Assembly: GCF_004010195.1 (NCBI RefSeq)
Contig: NC_057757.1
Span: 1,986,985-2,050,984 of the forward strand
Direction of reading: 5' to 3'
Origin: Chiloscyllium plagiosum
Lineage: Eukaryota
Length of the DNA stretch: 64,000 nucleotides
Under the pieces are notes generated by a model that had not been told where the DNA came from, did no database searches, and worked only from the letters and a program-made list of their open reading frames with translations. The position numbers and the translations under genes were made by a program. The first letter of the stretch is position 1. Every line of letters begins with the position of its first letter. This document shows positions 24,045 to 37,015 of the stretch, one piece after another.

Positions 24045-24700
24045 GAAATTTTTTATGAAAACAACTATATATAAAAAGAAAAACAAATGGATAGAGGTAG
24101 TACAACAGTGTCATATCACAATACTATTAATATAAACTACCTACTATTCTACCAGAATAAACATATCTACTTAACTTATACTAAACTTCAATCAAATTAA
24201 ATAAAAGTTAAATTAAGTTGAATTCAAGTTAAATTAAATTACATTACTTTATTCTATTTCATTTACCGCACCTCCGTTGAAGCCCCAATCATTGTACCCA
24301 TATTTTCCCAGCTTCCCCATCCCAGGGCCCCACGGGCTGCCCTATCCGACTCCCATGGCTATATCATGACCCTGATTAATAATAGATAAGTCTGTATCTA
24401 TATAATTTAGAAAAGGCGACCATGTCTTACAAAACTGCTCCGTTTTGTGCTGCAACATACTTCTAAGGTAGTCTTGTGGAAGATGCTCCATCACCAGCCT
24501 GCACCATCCCACAAGACCTAAGTCCAAATCATTAAAATGTTCTTCCTCGCACAGTGCATAACTTCTTCCCATTTTCCCCCCCAAGAGAGGGCAAAGTTTG
24601 GCAACCCCATGTAGAAGAAATACTGGATTCACCTTGACTTCAATTCCTAGGATTCCCTTCAGCTCCCTTACAAAGGCACTCCAGTATCTGTGAATCTTGT
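24045..24700 (-). mobile_element. L1-clade LINE 3' end
   Basis: WCRLVMEHLPQDYLRSMLQHKTEQFCKTWSPFLNYI resembles the fish-type L1 ORF2 C-terminus; T-rich 3' UTR and A-rich tail on the minus strand. Confidence 0.65.
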
Positions 24701-25150
24701 ATCTGGAGTATTAAGTGCAATCTGGTCTACTGCCTAAGGAAGGACATAGTTGCCACAGAAGGAATGCAGCAGATGTTCCCCAGGCCGATTTCTGGAATGA
24801 TGGGACTATCCTATGAGGAGACTGGGCCTATATTCTCAGGAGTTTAGAAGAATGAAAGGCAATCTCACAGAAACTTACAGGTTACCTAAAAGGGATAGAC
24901 AGGACATTTCGTCTGGCTGTGGGAGCACAGAGTAAAATACAAGTCACTTGAAACGGAGGTTAGGGAAACATTTACAGTCAGAGGGCTGTGGAAAATCAGT
25001 CATTGAGAATATTCAAGACAGAGGCTGATAGATTTCTAGATTCTAATAACATCAAGGGATACGGGGATAGCACAGGAATTTGATGTTGAGGTAGATGACC
25101 AGCCATGACCCAGAGCGGCAGAACAGACTCATGGGGCTGAATGGTCTAGT
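24700..25150 (+). mobile_element. CR1 LINE 3' part
   Basis: LEY.VQ...LRKDIVATEGMQQMFPRPISG...GLYSQEFRRMKGNLTETY. Confidence 0.75.
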
Positions 25151-25982
25151 GCAGCGCCAGCACTCAAGCCTGCTCAGCTGTTTAGGGATATCAGCGACCT
25201 AATTCCAGAACCATGATTTTGTCTTTTTTACTTCAATTTGGCTAATAAAACACTCAGAAGAACTGACCCCGCTGCCCTGGACGCAACTTCCAAAAGGGGA
25301 ACATTTTGCAGTGGTACAGGAAAAGGCAGAAGAATGTCATACTCCTGTTGAAAGTTGGCTATTACCTAAGGAGCTGAACATCCTCACCCCTGCTACGAGC
25401 ATTAATGGTATGAAGTAGGGCATGGCTCACTGACATCCACGTCTTTATATACAAGGGTACTCAACTGGAATGATGCCAGGTCTGACAGTTTCTGAAACAG
25501 ATGGAGTGGGGAGAAGAAGGGAAGAGCAGCACCAGCTCCAATAATCCTTGTAGATCCCTTGGTACCAGACACAAGGAAAGCATGGTCTGACTGGGATTAG
25601 CACACGGATGGGACAGAACAAAAAGAAAGATTTACATTTCCGTCATGTCTCTTATGACCTTGTGACCTCATGTGCCAAAGCACTTTACAACCAAAATGGT
25701 ACAATTTCCTACGAAGCATAGTCATTGCTGCAGAGTACGAAAAGATAGCAAATGCTTGTTGGAGTTTAAACAAAGTTCTAAAATATCTGAGGACAAAAAG
25801 AGGTATGGCAAAGTGCCAACAAGTAATCAGCTCAGTTTACAGAACAGAAGTTTCAGAATATTACATCAGTTTAACTCAGTTGGTTAACATGCTGCTCTAC
25901 AGCTCAAAGGACAGAAAAATTCCTAGAACCCAGTATTAAAGCCTCTCTGTGGCCTTGCCTCTGTATCCTCTTACAGAACAAT

Positions 25983-26293
25983 GGGCGGCACAGTGGTTAG
26001 CACTGCTGCCTCACAGAGCCAGAGACCTGGGTTCAATTCCCGCCTTAGGCAACTGTCTGTGTGGAGTTTGCACATTCTCCCCGTGTCTGCGTGGGTTTCC
26101 TCCGGGTGCTCCGGTTTCCTCCCACAGTCCGAAAATGTGCAGGTCAGGTGAATTGGCCACGCTAAATTGCCCATAGTGTTAGGTGAAGGGGTAAATGTAG
26201 GGGAATGGGTCTGGGTGGGTTGCTCTTCGGAGGGTCGGTGTGAACTTGTTGGGCCAAAGGGCCTGTTTCCACACTGTTAAGTAATCTAATCTA
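25983..26293 (+). mobile_element. HE1/V-SINE, full length
   Basis: tRNA head, V-domain, aatctaatcta tail; highly similar to 22008-22324. Confidence 0.92.
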
Positions 26294-26834
26294 GTAAGTA
26301 ATCTGGTCTGTGAACTACACCTCAAACAGATTCCTCCATACCAAGCCTACTGTGTTTCTCCCACTCTCTTCACCTCATGCTGTCTTCAGTGGCTGAAGAT
26401 CTAAATTCTGTCATTTATTGAGGAAAACATGCATTGAAACTGAATTTGACTAAACCTTCAGTCAGGTCCTCACATCTTCTTTTGCTCACAGCCAAATTTG
26501 TCTGTTAATTTTGCGAAACATCGTGGCATTGCCTTGCCTTTCTGGTACTACATAAATGTAGGTCGGGTCCTGTTGCTGGGTGAATCTCAAGTGGCACACT
26601 GTTAAGTTTATTGCTAATGGAACAGAAGCAGAATTATTCGGGAAAGTTAAGCCAAAGGAAGATTCCCTGGTTACTCTTTGAGTAGCTTATGGAGAAAAAA
26701 ACCACAATGAGGTACACTCTGATTTGTCTGGAAGGGTAATTCCTAACTCCAAAATAACTTGGTAACTGTAATGATACACAGCTTGTGGCCTCTGCGAAAG
26801 AATGAGCAAACGGAGGTGGCCTCGCTTTACTCAC

Positions 26835-26916
26835 CGAGCTTGGACAGCTGAGGTTTACTGAGGCACTGCTCCTCCGACAACGGAGCGACGTTGGCTGAAA
26901 CACTGGAGAGGAGTCG
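26835..26916 (-). CDS. FAM122: FAM122/PABIR-family gene, internal coding exon (1st visible; probably coding exon 2)
   Basis: tttgttttgtag|...gctcg|gtgagt. 82 nt, phase 2->0, DSSPVFQPTSLRCRRSSASVNLSCPSS (cf. SDTSPVFQAEAPSARRNSTTFPSRHGL). All six exon phases are mutually compatible. Confidence 0.88.
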
Positions 26917-28282
26917 CTACAAAACAAATTGAGACAGAGATTAGCCAGTGCCTCCACCAAGAACTCAAACACTGGGTCTTACTGTTTTCAGCATCAATGT
27001 ACAGTTTGCCTGTTTTGGACCAGCCCGCTGCATTTCTTTTTCCACAAATATCAAGATGCATCACATACACGGCAACTGGATAGGTGCTTAAGCTAGGACA
27101 AATGTTCGGCACAACACTGTGGGCCGAAGGGCCTGTTCTGTGCTGTATTGTTTATGTTCTATAGACAGGAGGTGCAGGCAAAGAAACAAAGTGGGGAATA
27201 CAATGCACAGTAAATGCTTCCCAGTTACCTGACTTTAACTAACATGTGCAATTGATATGGTGTGCCTATTATATTAAAAGCTTATACTGTTCAAATCTCA
27301 GGTATGTATTTCACAGCATGGAGGGATTGTTTCCAACAACGCTAATAGCAACAAAATCCAAACTCGAGTGTGCCAAATGTTTGCTCTCTTCCAGTAAAAT
27401 CAGATGATGTGTATCTTTGGAAAATTCCTGAATGTTGTCACTATTGTCAATAATATTGATCATCAATTTCAAGTTACGATCCTCATGCATTTCATTTCGT
27501 AATCTAAGAATGCGTGACCTGTTGTATAATCTCACAACCAGGGGCCATGTTTGGACCACCCAAACTCGGAGACACGCCGAGTCACAAAGTCAAGGTTCGA
27601 CATGCAAGGTCATGTGCTTCAGCTTCCACAACGCATACCATTTGTTGTATGTAACCCCTGGAGTAGGACCGCTCAGTCAATACATGTTCCTGCCAGTTAC
27701 TGACACTAACTCATAGTGTTTGGTTCATACTACAGTGCAACACTAGGTACAAGTCAAGCAGGTGCAAGTTTTGGACTCAGTGTATGGAGATGTATTAGGC
27801 CAGGTACAGACTGCTGCTGTTGGTGAAACACTTCAGACAAGAATCCAGCTCCAGATTTCTATCCCCCGTAGGAATAACGGGTGAGGAACAGGACAGGGTG
27901 ACATTGGATTTGCAGCGCCTGTGGTTAATAGCCCATTAACACTCACCGTTTAGGCTCACACATGAAGAACGACCAGGGAACCACTCGTTCGTAGATTGTA
28001 CCTGGGAAAGAGACAACGCCTTCCAAAACACAAAAAGCCAACACAGGCTCTTCTCCACGTCTCCGCTATAGACAGAATCATACTAACTGCTGCTGCTGTA
28101 TGTGCAGCCAGTACTGAATGTTCCAAACACGGATGCCTCCTGATTGGAATCCAAGATGATGGCAGTCTGCCTGATTTCCAATCAGATTGCTCACCAACAA
28201 TCCTGGATCTGGCATGAGCCAAGATCACTTCCAGTGGAGGGGGGGGGTGGAGTGATCAGTAATGCCAAGTCCAGAATGACAA

Positions 28283-28782
28283 NNNNNNNNNNNNNNNNNN
28301 NNNNNNNNNNNNNNNNNNNNNNNNNNNNNNNNNNNNNNNNNNNNNNNNNNNNNNNNNNNNNNNNNNNNNNNNNNNNNNNNNNNNNNNNNNNNNNNNNNNN
28401 NNNNNNNNNNNNNNNNNNNNNNNNNNNNNNNNNNNNNNNNNNNNNNNNNNNNNNNNNNNNNNNNNNNNNNNNNNNNNNNNNNNNNNNNNNNNNNNNNNNN
28501 NNNNNNNNNNNNNNNNNNNNNNNNNNNNNNNNNNNNNNNNNNNNNNNNNNNNNNNNNNNNNNNNNNNNNNNNNNNNNNNNNNNNNNNNNNNNNNNNNNNN
28601 NNNNNNNNNNNNNNNNNNNNNNNNNNNNNNNNNNNNNNNNNNNNNNNNNNNNNNNNNNNNNNNNNNNNNNNNNNNNNNNNNNNNNNNNNNNNNNNNNNNN
28701 NNNNNNNNNNNNNNNNNNNNNNNNNNNNNNNNNNNNNNNNNNNNNNNNNNNNNNNNNNNNNNNNNNNNNNNNNNNNNNNNNN
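28283..28782. other. Assembly gap (exactly 500 N; true size unknown)
   Basis: Run of N of round length. Confidence 0.99.
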
Positions 28783-29021
28783 CTCCTGCTCCTAATTCTT
28801 ATGTCCTCATAGGCTCTCCCAGTTCCTATAATTGCATACATTGTACACAAAACTGAAGGGAGACCTCATGTACAGAGCATGCTGAAGAAGAAAGGAACTT
28901 CTTATTATGATTGACTCCCTCTTTTAAAGCTGTTTGTAAGATTTTAATTTTACAGAATTTTTTTTTTTCGATTCCTTGTGAAAACATGAGCTTTTGTTGG
29001 GGCTCGACCCAGCATTTATTG

Positions 29022-29217
29022 TTGGGAGTGTGTTGCTGGAAAAGCACAGCAGGGTCAGGCAGCATCTGAGGAGCAGGAGAATCCACGTTTCGGGCATAAG
29101 CCCTTCATCAGGATGAAGGGATCCAGCCCAATACGTCGATTTTCCTGCTTCTCGGATGCTACCTGACCTGCTGTGCTTTTCCAGCAACACACTCTCAACT
29201 CTGAAACCTCACTGTCT
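29022..29217. mobile_element. Palindromic Penelope-derived mini-element, inverted at the hammerhead
   Basis: Inverted arms meet at cccttcatcagg|atgaaggg. About 14-bp TSD ccca(g/c)catttattg (29008-29021, 29218-29231). Confidence 0.8.
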
Positions 29218-29917
29218 CCCACCATTTATTGCCTATTGCTAATTGCCCCTGGAGAGAGTGGTGGTGGTGGATATAGAAGGGTTGCAGTTTGTGTGATGTA
29301 GCAACCTCCCTCCTCCTCCAGATGGTGCTACAGAAGGAGTTGGCACTTCATTGGTACGTGTGTGTGATCCAATGTTTCACCTTCGCGTGATCCATTGGAT
29401 TCAGCCCCTTTCCATTGAATTTAAATTGTAGAGAAAGACCAATCGGCCTGTCTGCTCTATGCTGGTTTTCCTGCTTCTTGTAAGCCTCTTCCTCCCCTCC
29501 TCTTCCTCTCACTCAGTCAGCGTATCCTTATATTCCTTTCCCCCTTATGTGTTTATGCAACATCCCCCCTCTTCTCCGCTTTCAACAAATTGACACGATT
29601 CATTTCAGTCTCACCCTGTGGGAGCACATTCCACATTCTCACTAGTCTCTGGGGAAAGACATTTCCTCTGAATTTATTGGGTTGGATTGATTGGGGACTG
29701 CCTTACCCTGATGGATGTGGTTTTGGAGACTCCTATAAATTGGAATGTCTCCCTTGTGTCCATCTTATCAATTATCTTCCTCATTTTGAGCCTGGGATTT
29801 AGGCGGATGCTCCAGGTGTTAGCGTAGATGGAGTGCTGTGCTTACTGATGCAGGTGGTAAGATGTTAAACTGAGATCCCATGGCCCTGGCCAACATCGCT
29901 AGAAAAGGTATCTGCTC

Positions 29918-30230
29918 ATGATCATGGAATCCTTACAGAGCGGAAGCAGGCCATTTGGCCCATTGAGTCCAAACCTGAAGAGCATCCAACCCAAATCTAC
30001 CCTACTTCCCTGGGCAAACCCACCAGGCCTACACCTCCCTGGGCACTATGGGACAGTGTGGCATGGCCAATGCGCCTTAACCTGCACAAGTTCAGACTGT
30101 GGGAGGAAACTGTAGCAGATACGGGGAGAACGTGCAAACTCCACACAGACAGACTCCTGAGACTGGGATTGAACCCAGGTCCCCACCGCTGTGAGGCAGC
30201 AATGCTAACCACTGAGCCACCGTGCCACCC
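29918..30230 (-). mobile_element. HE1/V-SINE
   Basis: Reverse-complement head (actgagccaccgtgcc) and V-domain. Confidence 0.85.
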
Positions 30231-30809
30231 TCATTACTGTAGCTGATTTCAAATAGCTTCATTGGCTGTGAAGCGTTCTGGGGTAAGGAAAGGCACTATG
30301 TAAATGCAAGTTCTTTCTTATTCTGTTTTCAGATCAGAACCAATCTGTGCCCATAATAACTTAATGCAAAGCAAGACTGGACTCTATTGACCTGACCATT
30401 TCCATGCAAACATGGCCCCAACAGATACTGAGTGATTAGCTCCACGTTTGAATGGGAAAGGATTTGCTCTGTTACAGTGGGGGGGGGGGGTACAAATTGG
30501 GTCGATATTCCCTGGAATTTAGAGAGAACAGGTGACTGCCTTGAAACCTCCAAGATTGTGAAGGACCTTGGCAGGGTAGACACCAACAGGTTGTTTCTGC
30601 TGGGGCAGGAATCTAAAACAAGGGGAATGGGACTCTGGCAACCAAAGTAATGGGAAGAGGATGGGAAAATGGTATTGAAGCCCAAGGTCAGTCATGACAG
30701 TATTGAATGATGGATGGGCTGAATGGTCTATTCTGGCTTTTATTCTCGTGAGTTTACATTGAGTTACTTGTGATTTAGAACTTCAATCCTCTTAGTGTTG
30801 AATTCTGTT

Positions 30810-31900
30810 TGAATTCTTTGAGGAGGTAATGAACATGTTAGACGCAGGAGAGCCAGTGGACATGATCTATTTGGATTTCCAGAAGGTCTTTGAAAAGGTG
30901 TTGCACAGGAGGCTGCTAAATAGTACAAGAGCCCATGGCGTTAGGGGCAAGGGACTGGCATTAATTGAGAATTGGCTCCCTGGCAGAAGGCAGAGATTAG
31001 GGATAAAGGAGTCTTTTACAGGATGGCAGTCGGTGACTACGTCAGTGCAGATGAATTGGACCCAAGGGTCTGTTTCTGTGCTGTATAACTCCTGTGGAGT
31101 TGCACAGGGGTCCATGTTGGGACCATAACTAAACCATTAATATACATTACCGATCCGGGCAAAAGAACTGAGGACATTGTTGCTATGTTTGCAGGTGACA
31201 GATAGGTGGAGGGACAGGTAGCGTTGAGGAAGCGGGAGGCTGCAGAAGGACTTGGACAGGGTGGGAGAGTGGGCAAAGCAGTGGCAGATGGAATACATTG
31301 TGGGAATGTGTGAGGTGATGCACTTTGGTCAGAAGATTAGATTGTTTTCTAAATGGGGAAAGGCTTCAGACATCTGAAGCACAAAGGGACTTGGAGGTCT
31401 TAGTTCAGGATTCTCGTAAGTTTAATGTGCAAGATGAGTTGGCAGTCAGGAAGGACATTGGGAAGGTTTATGAGGACAACGTCAGAAATGCACGGGAATT
31501 TACATCAGGAAAGGAGGCCGGTTTTTGTTTGAATGAAGAGGGTCGAGGTTTTTTTAAAATATTGATAGTTTTGATCGGCTGGGTTTGGATGGCGAGAATG
31601 TTTTCTCTTGTAGGGACGAGAAGTGCTAGAGACCGTCAGTTCAATATAGCCCCCAAGAAATCCAGTTGGGAATGCAGGAGTGAAGTGGAGGGCATGATGG
31701 TAGTGGGGAACTCACTTCCATAGGGAACGGTGGAGGTGAATAGTGTGGATACTTTGGGGGGAAGGCTGAACAAGTCTATGAGGGAGGAGGGAATAGAAGA
31801 TGGCAGGTTTTGATGAGGAAAGATGGAACTGGAGTGGAGCCCAGCATGGATGAGTTGGGCCGAATGGCCTGTTTCTATGGCTTGTATCCTGTGCAATCCC
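30810..31900 (+). mobile_element. CR1 LINE RT fragments (composite)
   Basis: VDMIYLDFQKVFEKVLHRRLL...WLPGRRQR, GVAQGSMLGP, MFAGD, 3' UTR remnant. Confidence 0.8.
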
Positions 31901-32228
31901 ATGGATCGTTACCTGAAGTCGGAACTATAGGGTCAGGGTGGAGCTGAGTGAATGCTCTAGCACAGACACAATGAGCCAAATTGCCCTCTTTAGCGTTGTA
32001 ACTGTTCCATGGTGCTATGAGTCTAAATTCCTGACAGGAAGTTTAAAACATGTGCTTGCACATACAGGTCTAGGATTACATAACATGGATCTCTATGTGA
32101 CTCTTGGCACTCACATGTTCAAAGATGAGAACAGCTGTGAAATATGGTTTAAATAATTGAAGGAGCTAATGTTTTCAGAAACAGTGTGAGGATGTCATTC
32201 TCTGCTTAGTTTGGCAGGAGTCCCCCAC

Positions 32229-32356
32229 CCTGATGAAGGCTTTTGCCCGAAACGTCGATTTTGCTGCTCCTCGGATGCTGCCTGAACTGCTGTGCTCTTC
32301 CAGCACCACTGATCCACAATCTGGTTTCCAGCATCTGCAGTCATTGTTTTTACCTT
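32229..32356 (+). mobile_element. Penelope-derived terminal fragment starting at the hammerhead core
   Basis: CTGATGA-aggc(tttt)gccc-GAAACGTC-gatt followed by the family terminus gatgctgcctgaactgctgtgc...cagcatctgcag. Confidence 0.8.
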
Positions 32357-32679
32357 AGGATTCATTATAGCCTACCCCATCTTTCTCAAGGTCACCTCTC
32401 TCGGTGTTGACATCGTAAAATCTACAGGTTCTTTGCAATCTACTCTTTTCACCCTCGTCGGGTTCCCTGACTTTAAAGAGATAGAAGTTTTCAGTGGCGG
32501 AGATATTGTTTGAAGACTGTCAATTGCAAGCTGGTGTAATCCATGTCTGTCCTAATGTACAATGAGTTCCCAACACAAAATGGCCACTTGTGTTTCCAGA
32601 GGGCCCCTCAGATTAAACCACCTATCATGCTACTTTCATTGGAGTGTTGTCAAAAAAAATCTCATCTCCCAGCTGAAAT

Positions 32680-33020
32680 ATTAGGACAGATTGAATTGAA
32701 AACTTGGTCAAGGAAGTGGGTTTTGAGGGATGTTTTAAAGGAGGGAAACAGAGCGAGGAAATTCCAAAGCTTGGGTATAGACGGCCGAATGCATGGTGGA
32801 GTAACTGGAATTGGGAATGCTTGAGGCTGGAGGGGCACTGACAATCTCGTAAGTTTGTAGGGGTGAAGGTAGGGAGAGGAGAGATCATGCAGGGACTTGA
32901 AGGCGCAGAGAATGGAGAATTTCAAAATCGAGGGGTAGGCAGCGTAAGTCGGTGAGGACAGGTTTGGTGTTAGAGAGTGCAAACTCCACTCGAGACATGA
33001 AAGAGAGCTGGAGACAGTGA
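32680..33020 (-). mobile_element. L2-type LINE 3' end
   Basis: KFSILCAFKSLHDLSSPYL...PKLWNFL...FKTSLKTHFLDQVF. Confidence 0.65.
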
Positions 33021-33034
33021 GGAGAGATAGGCTT

Positions 33035-33468
33035 GCTCTCACACATGCACAAACCTCCATGCACACACATATATGTGCATCTCGTCTGCGCACACATGCC
33101 TGTGCACACCCCAAATACATACACACACCTCCACACACATGCTTATAGATGTTCAAACACTCCCACCACATATGTCAACACATACATGCGTATGAACACA
33201 AATATGCGCATCTGCAAACTCTCATGCAGGTGCTTACACACATGCACATCTCCAAACCTCCATGCAGGTGCATACACAGCCCCACACATATGGACACACA
33301 TACATACTGAGAGCCCCACACATGTGCATGCACACACACGTACATACATACACCCACGTACTTGCACAGAGGCACATGCAAATACACATGCTTACACATG
33401 TGCACAGTCAAGCATACATTCATATAACAAACACGTGCACAGACAGACAGACACACACACACATACAG
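33035..33468. repeat. Degenerate (CA)n/(CATA)n/(TGCA)n low-complexity tract
   Basis: Purine-pyrimidine alternating sequence over ~430 bp. Confidence 0.9.
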
Positions 33469-35499
33469 AAATAAAAACAAGATTGCAGTTGGGAATGAGA
33501 AGATGGACTGAGTGGGGAAACACCCCTTTCTGTGTTTTATTCTGTTCCTCAGCTATGAATTATGATGAAGGAGCAGTGTGTGTGTATCGTGTCAAATTTG
33601 CGAGAGTGATGTGTCTGCGTTCTGCACAAGTTTGCAATTGAGGGGAGCGAGGCAGTAAAATGGCTGTGGCGTGATTTGGACCCTTGTCCCCTTGTGGAGG
33701 TTTCTCTGGTTACTGGTTAACCAGCGAAGGCCACAGTGCCCTGTTAGCCATTTAACCAGCGAGTTCAGAAAGGCTGCGGTAGTTGAGAGTGCCTGGAACT
33801 AAAAGCTCCTACACTGTGTTGTTTGCAAAACAAAAAAAACAGCAGCCCATCAGCAAATCCCACGCCACGTTAACTAAGGAGACTATGGTTGCCCTCAACT
33901 TTGGCAGCGTATGTTTGTGGAGGTTCCATCACATATTACTCCAGCCCCTTTGTTCTGTCACTGCCCCATCTTTACAGCTTCTCCATGTGGCTAGTGAAAT
34001 AATTAAATATGGTGGCATCATGGATATATTACTTGATTAGTAATCTAAAAGCCTAATGAATCAAGGATGTAGTTTAAATCCTACCATTGCAATTCAGCAT
34101 CTAAATCCAGTTTATTAAGACTGCATGGATTTAACCACATTTGAAGCCTCTGGTTTGTTAATAAAAAGCCATCTGGTTGACTAAGTCAGGAAAGGAAGGC
34201 TGCTATCCTTATTAGGCCTGGCCTACACGAGGCTGACAGCAACATGGTTGACTCTAAAACGGCACCATCCAGTTGTGTGAAAATACCATGACAACGGTTC
34301 AAGAAGGTAGCTCCCCACCACCTTCTCCAGAGGGAAAATAGGGTTGCACAATAAATACTGGCCTTGTTAATGACAAATACATCTCATAAAAATTGTTATT
34401 TTTAAAATTCTTGCATTTTGAAAATGGAATCTAACGATACAGGAGAAAGTGAATAGCGTAAGGCCTGTTGAGCAGGCCTTCAGGGTCTCAGTTATCTCAG
34501 GTTGGTATCGGAGGATCACAGTCATTTTCAATTTAACTTCAGATATAGGAAGCATGGACAAAATGGGCAGTATTTGTCTGATCCTGAGGACGCGGTGATG
34601 GGCTTAACAGGCCACATCAGTGGGCAGTTTCAAGGCCATTAGGGTGGAGTAAACATCAGCCTCACCTGGGTAAGACTAGCAAGTTCCTATCAGTTCATGA
34701 CCAAGTGATTTAGTGTTTTACAGACTATTTTATGAATTGAATTCAGACTCTGAGAGAACCCCCTCCGTGTGGGATATGAACTCCAGTCAAGGCCCCTGGA
34801 TTACAGTAAACAGAAGCTTGACACCTCTGTGCCCTTCAAATACATTTTCGTTTGTTCGTAGTTTGAAAGAAATCTCCCCATTTTAAAACATTTCCAGACT
34901 TTTAATCTACGTTACAATGTGAGTGCTATTAACAAGGCCACATATCCCTAATTACCCTTGAAATAGGTGGGTTAGCCATTCCACAGGGCAGTTAGGAGGC
35001 AACCACGTTGCTATGCATTTGGAGTCACATTTAGGCTGGATGTTTTCAATCCCTTAGTGAATGAGGGGGACATTTATAGCAATAGTTTTGCGGTCATCAT
35101 CACTGAGACTAGTTTTCAATTCCAGATTTAATTAATTGATTTTATTCCAACAGTTGCCGTGGGTGGGATTTGAACCTGGACCTCTGGATTACTATCCAGC
35201 TGCATTGCTGCTACACTGCCGTCCCTGATCGCTCTTTAATTCAACAACATCAGGTGACTCGGGCAGAAGATTGCAACTACCCAGAAGCCACTGAGAATCC
35301 CAGGAAATCTGGGTCATCTGATTTACGGTAAGGATTTCCCACTTGTCTGAAAATGCTGAGGATGAGTCCAACTTGTTATTTTGGTATCATGTGCAGGAGC
35401 TAGAGAAAGGGACAGACATTGAGATTGGCCTTAACTTTGGCTTGTCATGTTTATCACTGTGTGTGTGTGTGTTTGTGTGTGCGCGTGTGTCTGTGTATA

Positions 35500-36335
35500 C
35501 ATGTACGTGTGTGCCATATGGAATGTCCTCCTCCAATATGGCTCCCTCAGAAATTTGTCGCCATTCTGTACCCACTAAACAATGATATAGATGCCATGAT
35601 CCTCACCAATGCCAGCACCATGTCAGTGAAAAGCAGGGCCAAAAGTGGCACTGTCATTCCACCAACTCTCTTTGCCATCATCCTTGCATCACACAGCCAG
35701 TAAGTTACCCACATATCTACACAACCGATTGGGAAACTGTCCAAACTTGGCCACCCACAAAGCAAAAAAAGACCTAAAACACACCCTACGCCAGCCACTG
35801 AATGCCAGTGTGTGGATTCTGCTTGTGTGTACTCACTCAGAAACTGAGGTCCACAACAATGTTCACTCCTTTTCAGAAATGTCTGGAAAGGTGAACCTTT
35901 TACTCAACACCCAGAAAGCTAAGGTCCTCTTCCAAACAGCTTCCTCAGCCAAACTCCCTCCCACTTCTGTCGATTAAGAGCAATGGTGGGATTGTGGGAA
36001 TATAAAGCGTTTTCTGTAGTTTGACTTATCACTTCCGGTCATGGCAGAGGTGGACAATGGATTGTGTCCTGATCTCCAATGTGTCATTATTAGCCTTTGT
36101 CCAGCAAAGGTCAAAGGTCTCAAACCCTAGATTTTGGACAGCAGTGGTTCCCACACACTTTGCAGGCCTGGGCAAACCACAGTAGTCTCCTACACACTGG
36201 AGTCTTTGCAAGATCCTCCCAATCCAGCTGTGGGAATGGTGGTCCACAGAAGCTTCCCCTTGCAAGCCCCTTGCTCTGCGTCACGCAGCTCCACTGGGCA
36301 GGTCTCAACTGTACGACACCAGACTCCCAAGGTGA
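35500..36335 (+). mobile_element. Decayed RTE-clade LINE RT fragment
   Basis: VKSRAKSGTVIPPTLFAI (cf. GVKQGCVIAPTLF) and CTHSETEV...LNTQKAKVLFQ. Confidence 0.6.
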
Positions 36336-36339
36336 CTGG

Positions 36340-37015
36340 CCATTTCTGGAATATTATGTCCAATTCTGGTTTCCCTCCTATCGGAAGGATATTGTGAAAC
36401 TTGAAAGGGTTCAGAAAAGATTTACAAGGATGTTGCTGGGGTTGGAGGATTTGAGCTACAGGGAGAGGCTGAATAGGTTGAGGCTGTTTTCCCTGGAGCA
36501 TCGGAGGCTGAGGGGTGACATTATAGAGGTTTATAAAATCATGAGGGGGATGGATAAGATAAACAGACAAGGTCTTTTCCCTGGGATGGGAAATCCAGAA
36601 CTAGAGGGCATAGGATTAGGATGAGAGGGGAAAGATATAAGAGACCTAAGGAGTAACTTTTTCACACAGAGGATGGTGAGTGTATGGAATGAGCTGCCAG
36701 AGGAAGTGGTGGAGGCTTCTGGATGGGTATATGAATAGGATGGGTTTAGAGGGATTAAGGCGAAGTACTGGCAAATGATTGATAAATTCTTGATCTTGCA
36801 AGGAATTAAGGGCTACGGGGAGAGTGTGGGTAAATGGCATTGAAATGCCCATCAGCCATGACTGAATGGTGGAGTGGACTTGATGGGCTGAATGGCATTA
36901 CTTACACTCCTATGTCTTACGGTCTAAATGGGACTAGATTAGGTTAGGATATCTGGTCGGCATGGATGAGTTTGAGTGAAGGGCTGTTTCCATGCTGTAC
37001 ATCTCTATGACTGCT
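36340..37015 (+). mobile_element. CR1 LINE 3' end with a second CR1 tail (~36775-36925) nested
   Basis: LEYYVQFWFPSYRKDIVKLERVQKRFTRML...RRLRGDIIEVYKIM. Confidence 0.88.

Noticed and set aside
28144-28850. 222-aa and 219-aa ORFs
   Set aside because: They run through the N gap and are artefacts.
30333-30430. Possible plus-strand 5' UTR exon of the P2Y gene after ttctgttttcag
   Set aside because: The pyrimidine tract derives from a SINE end and there is no convincing donor; it cannot be supported without transcripts.
33033-33641. 202-aa His/Thr/Cys-rich ORF and its antisense ORFs
   Set aside because: Translation of a (CA)n-type low-complexity tract.
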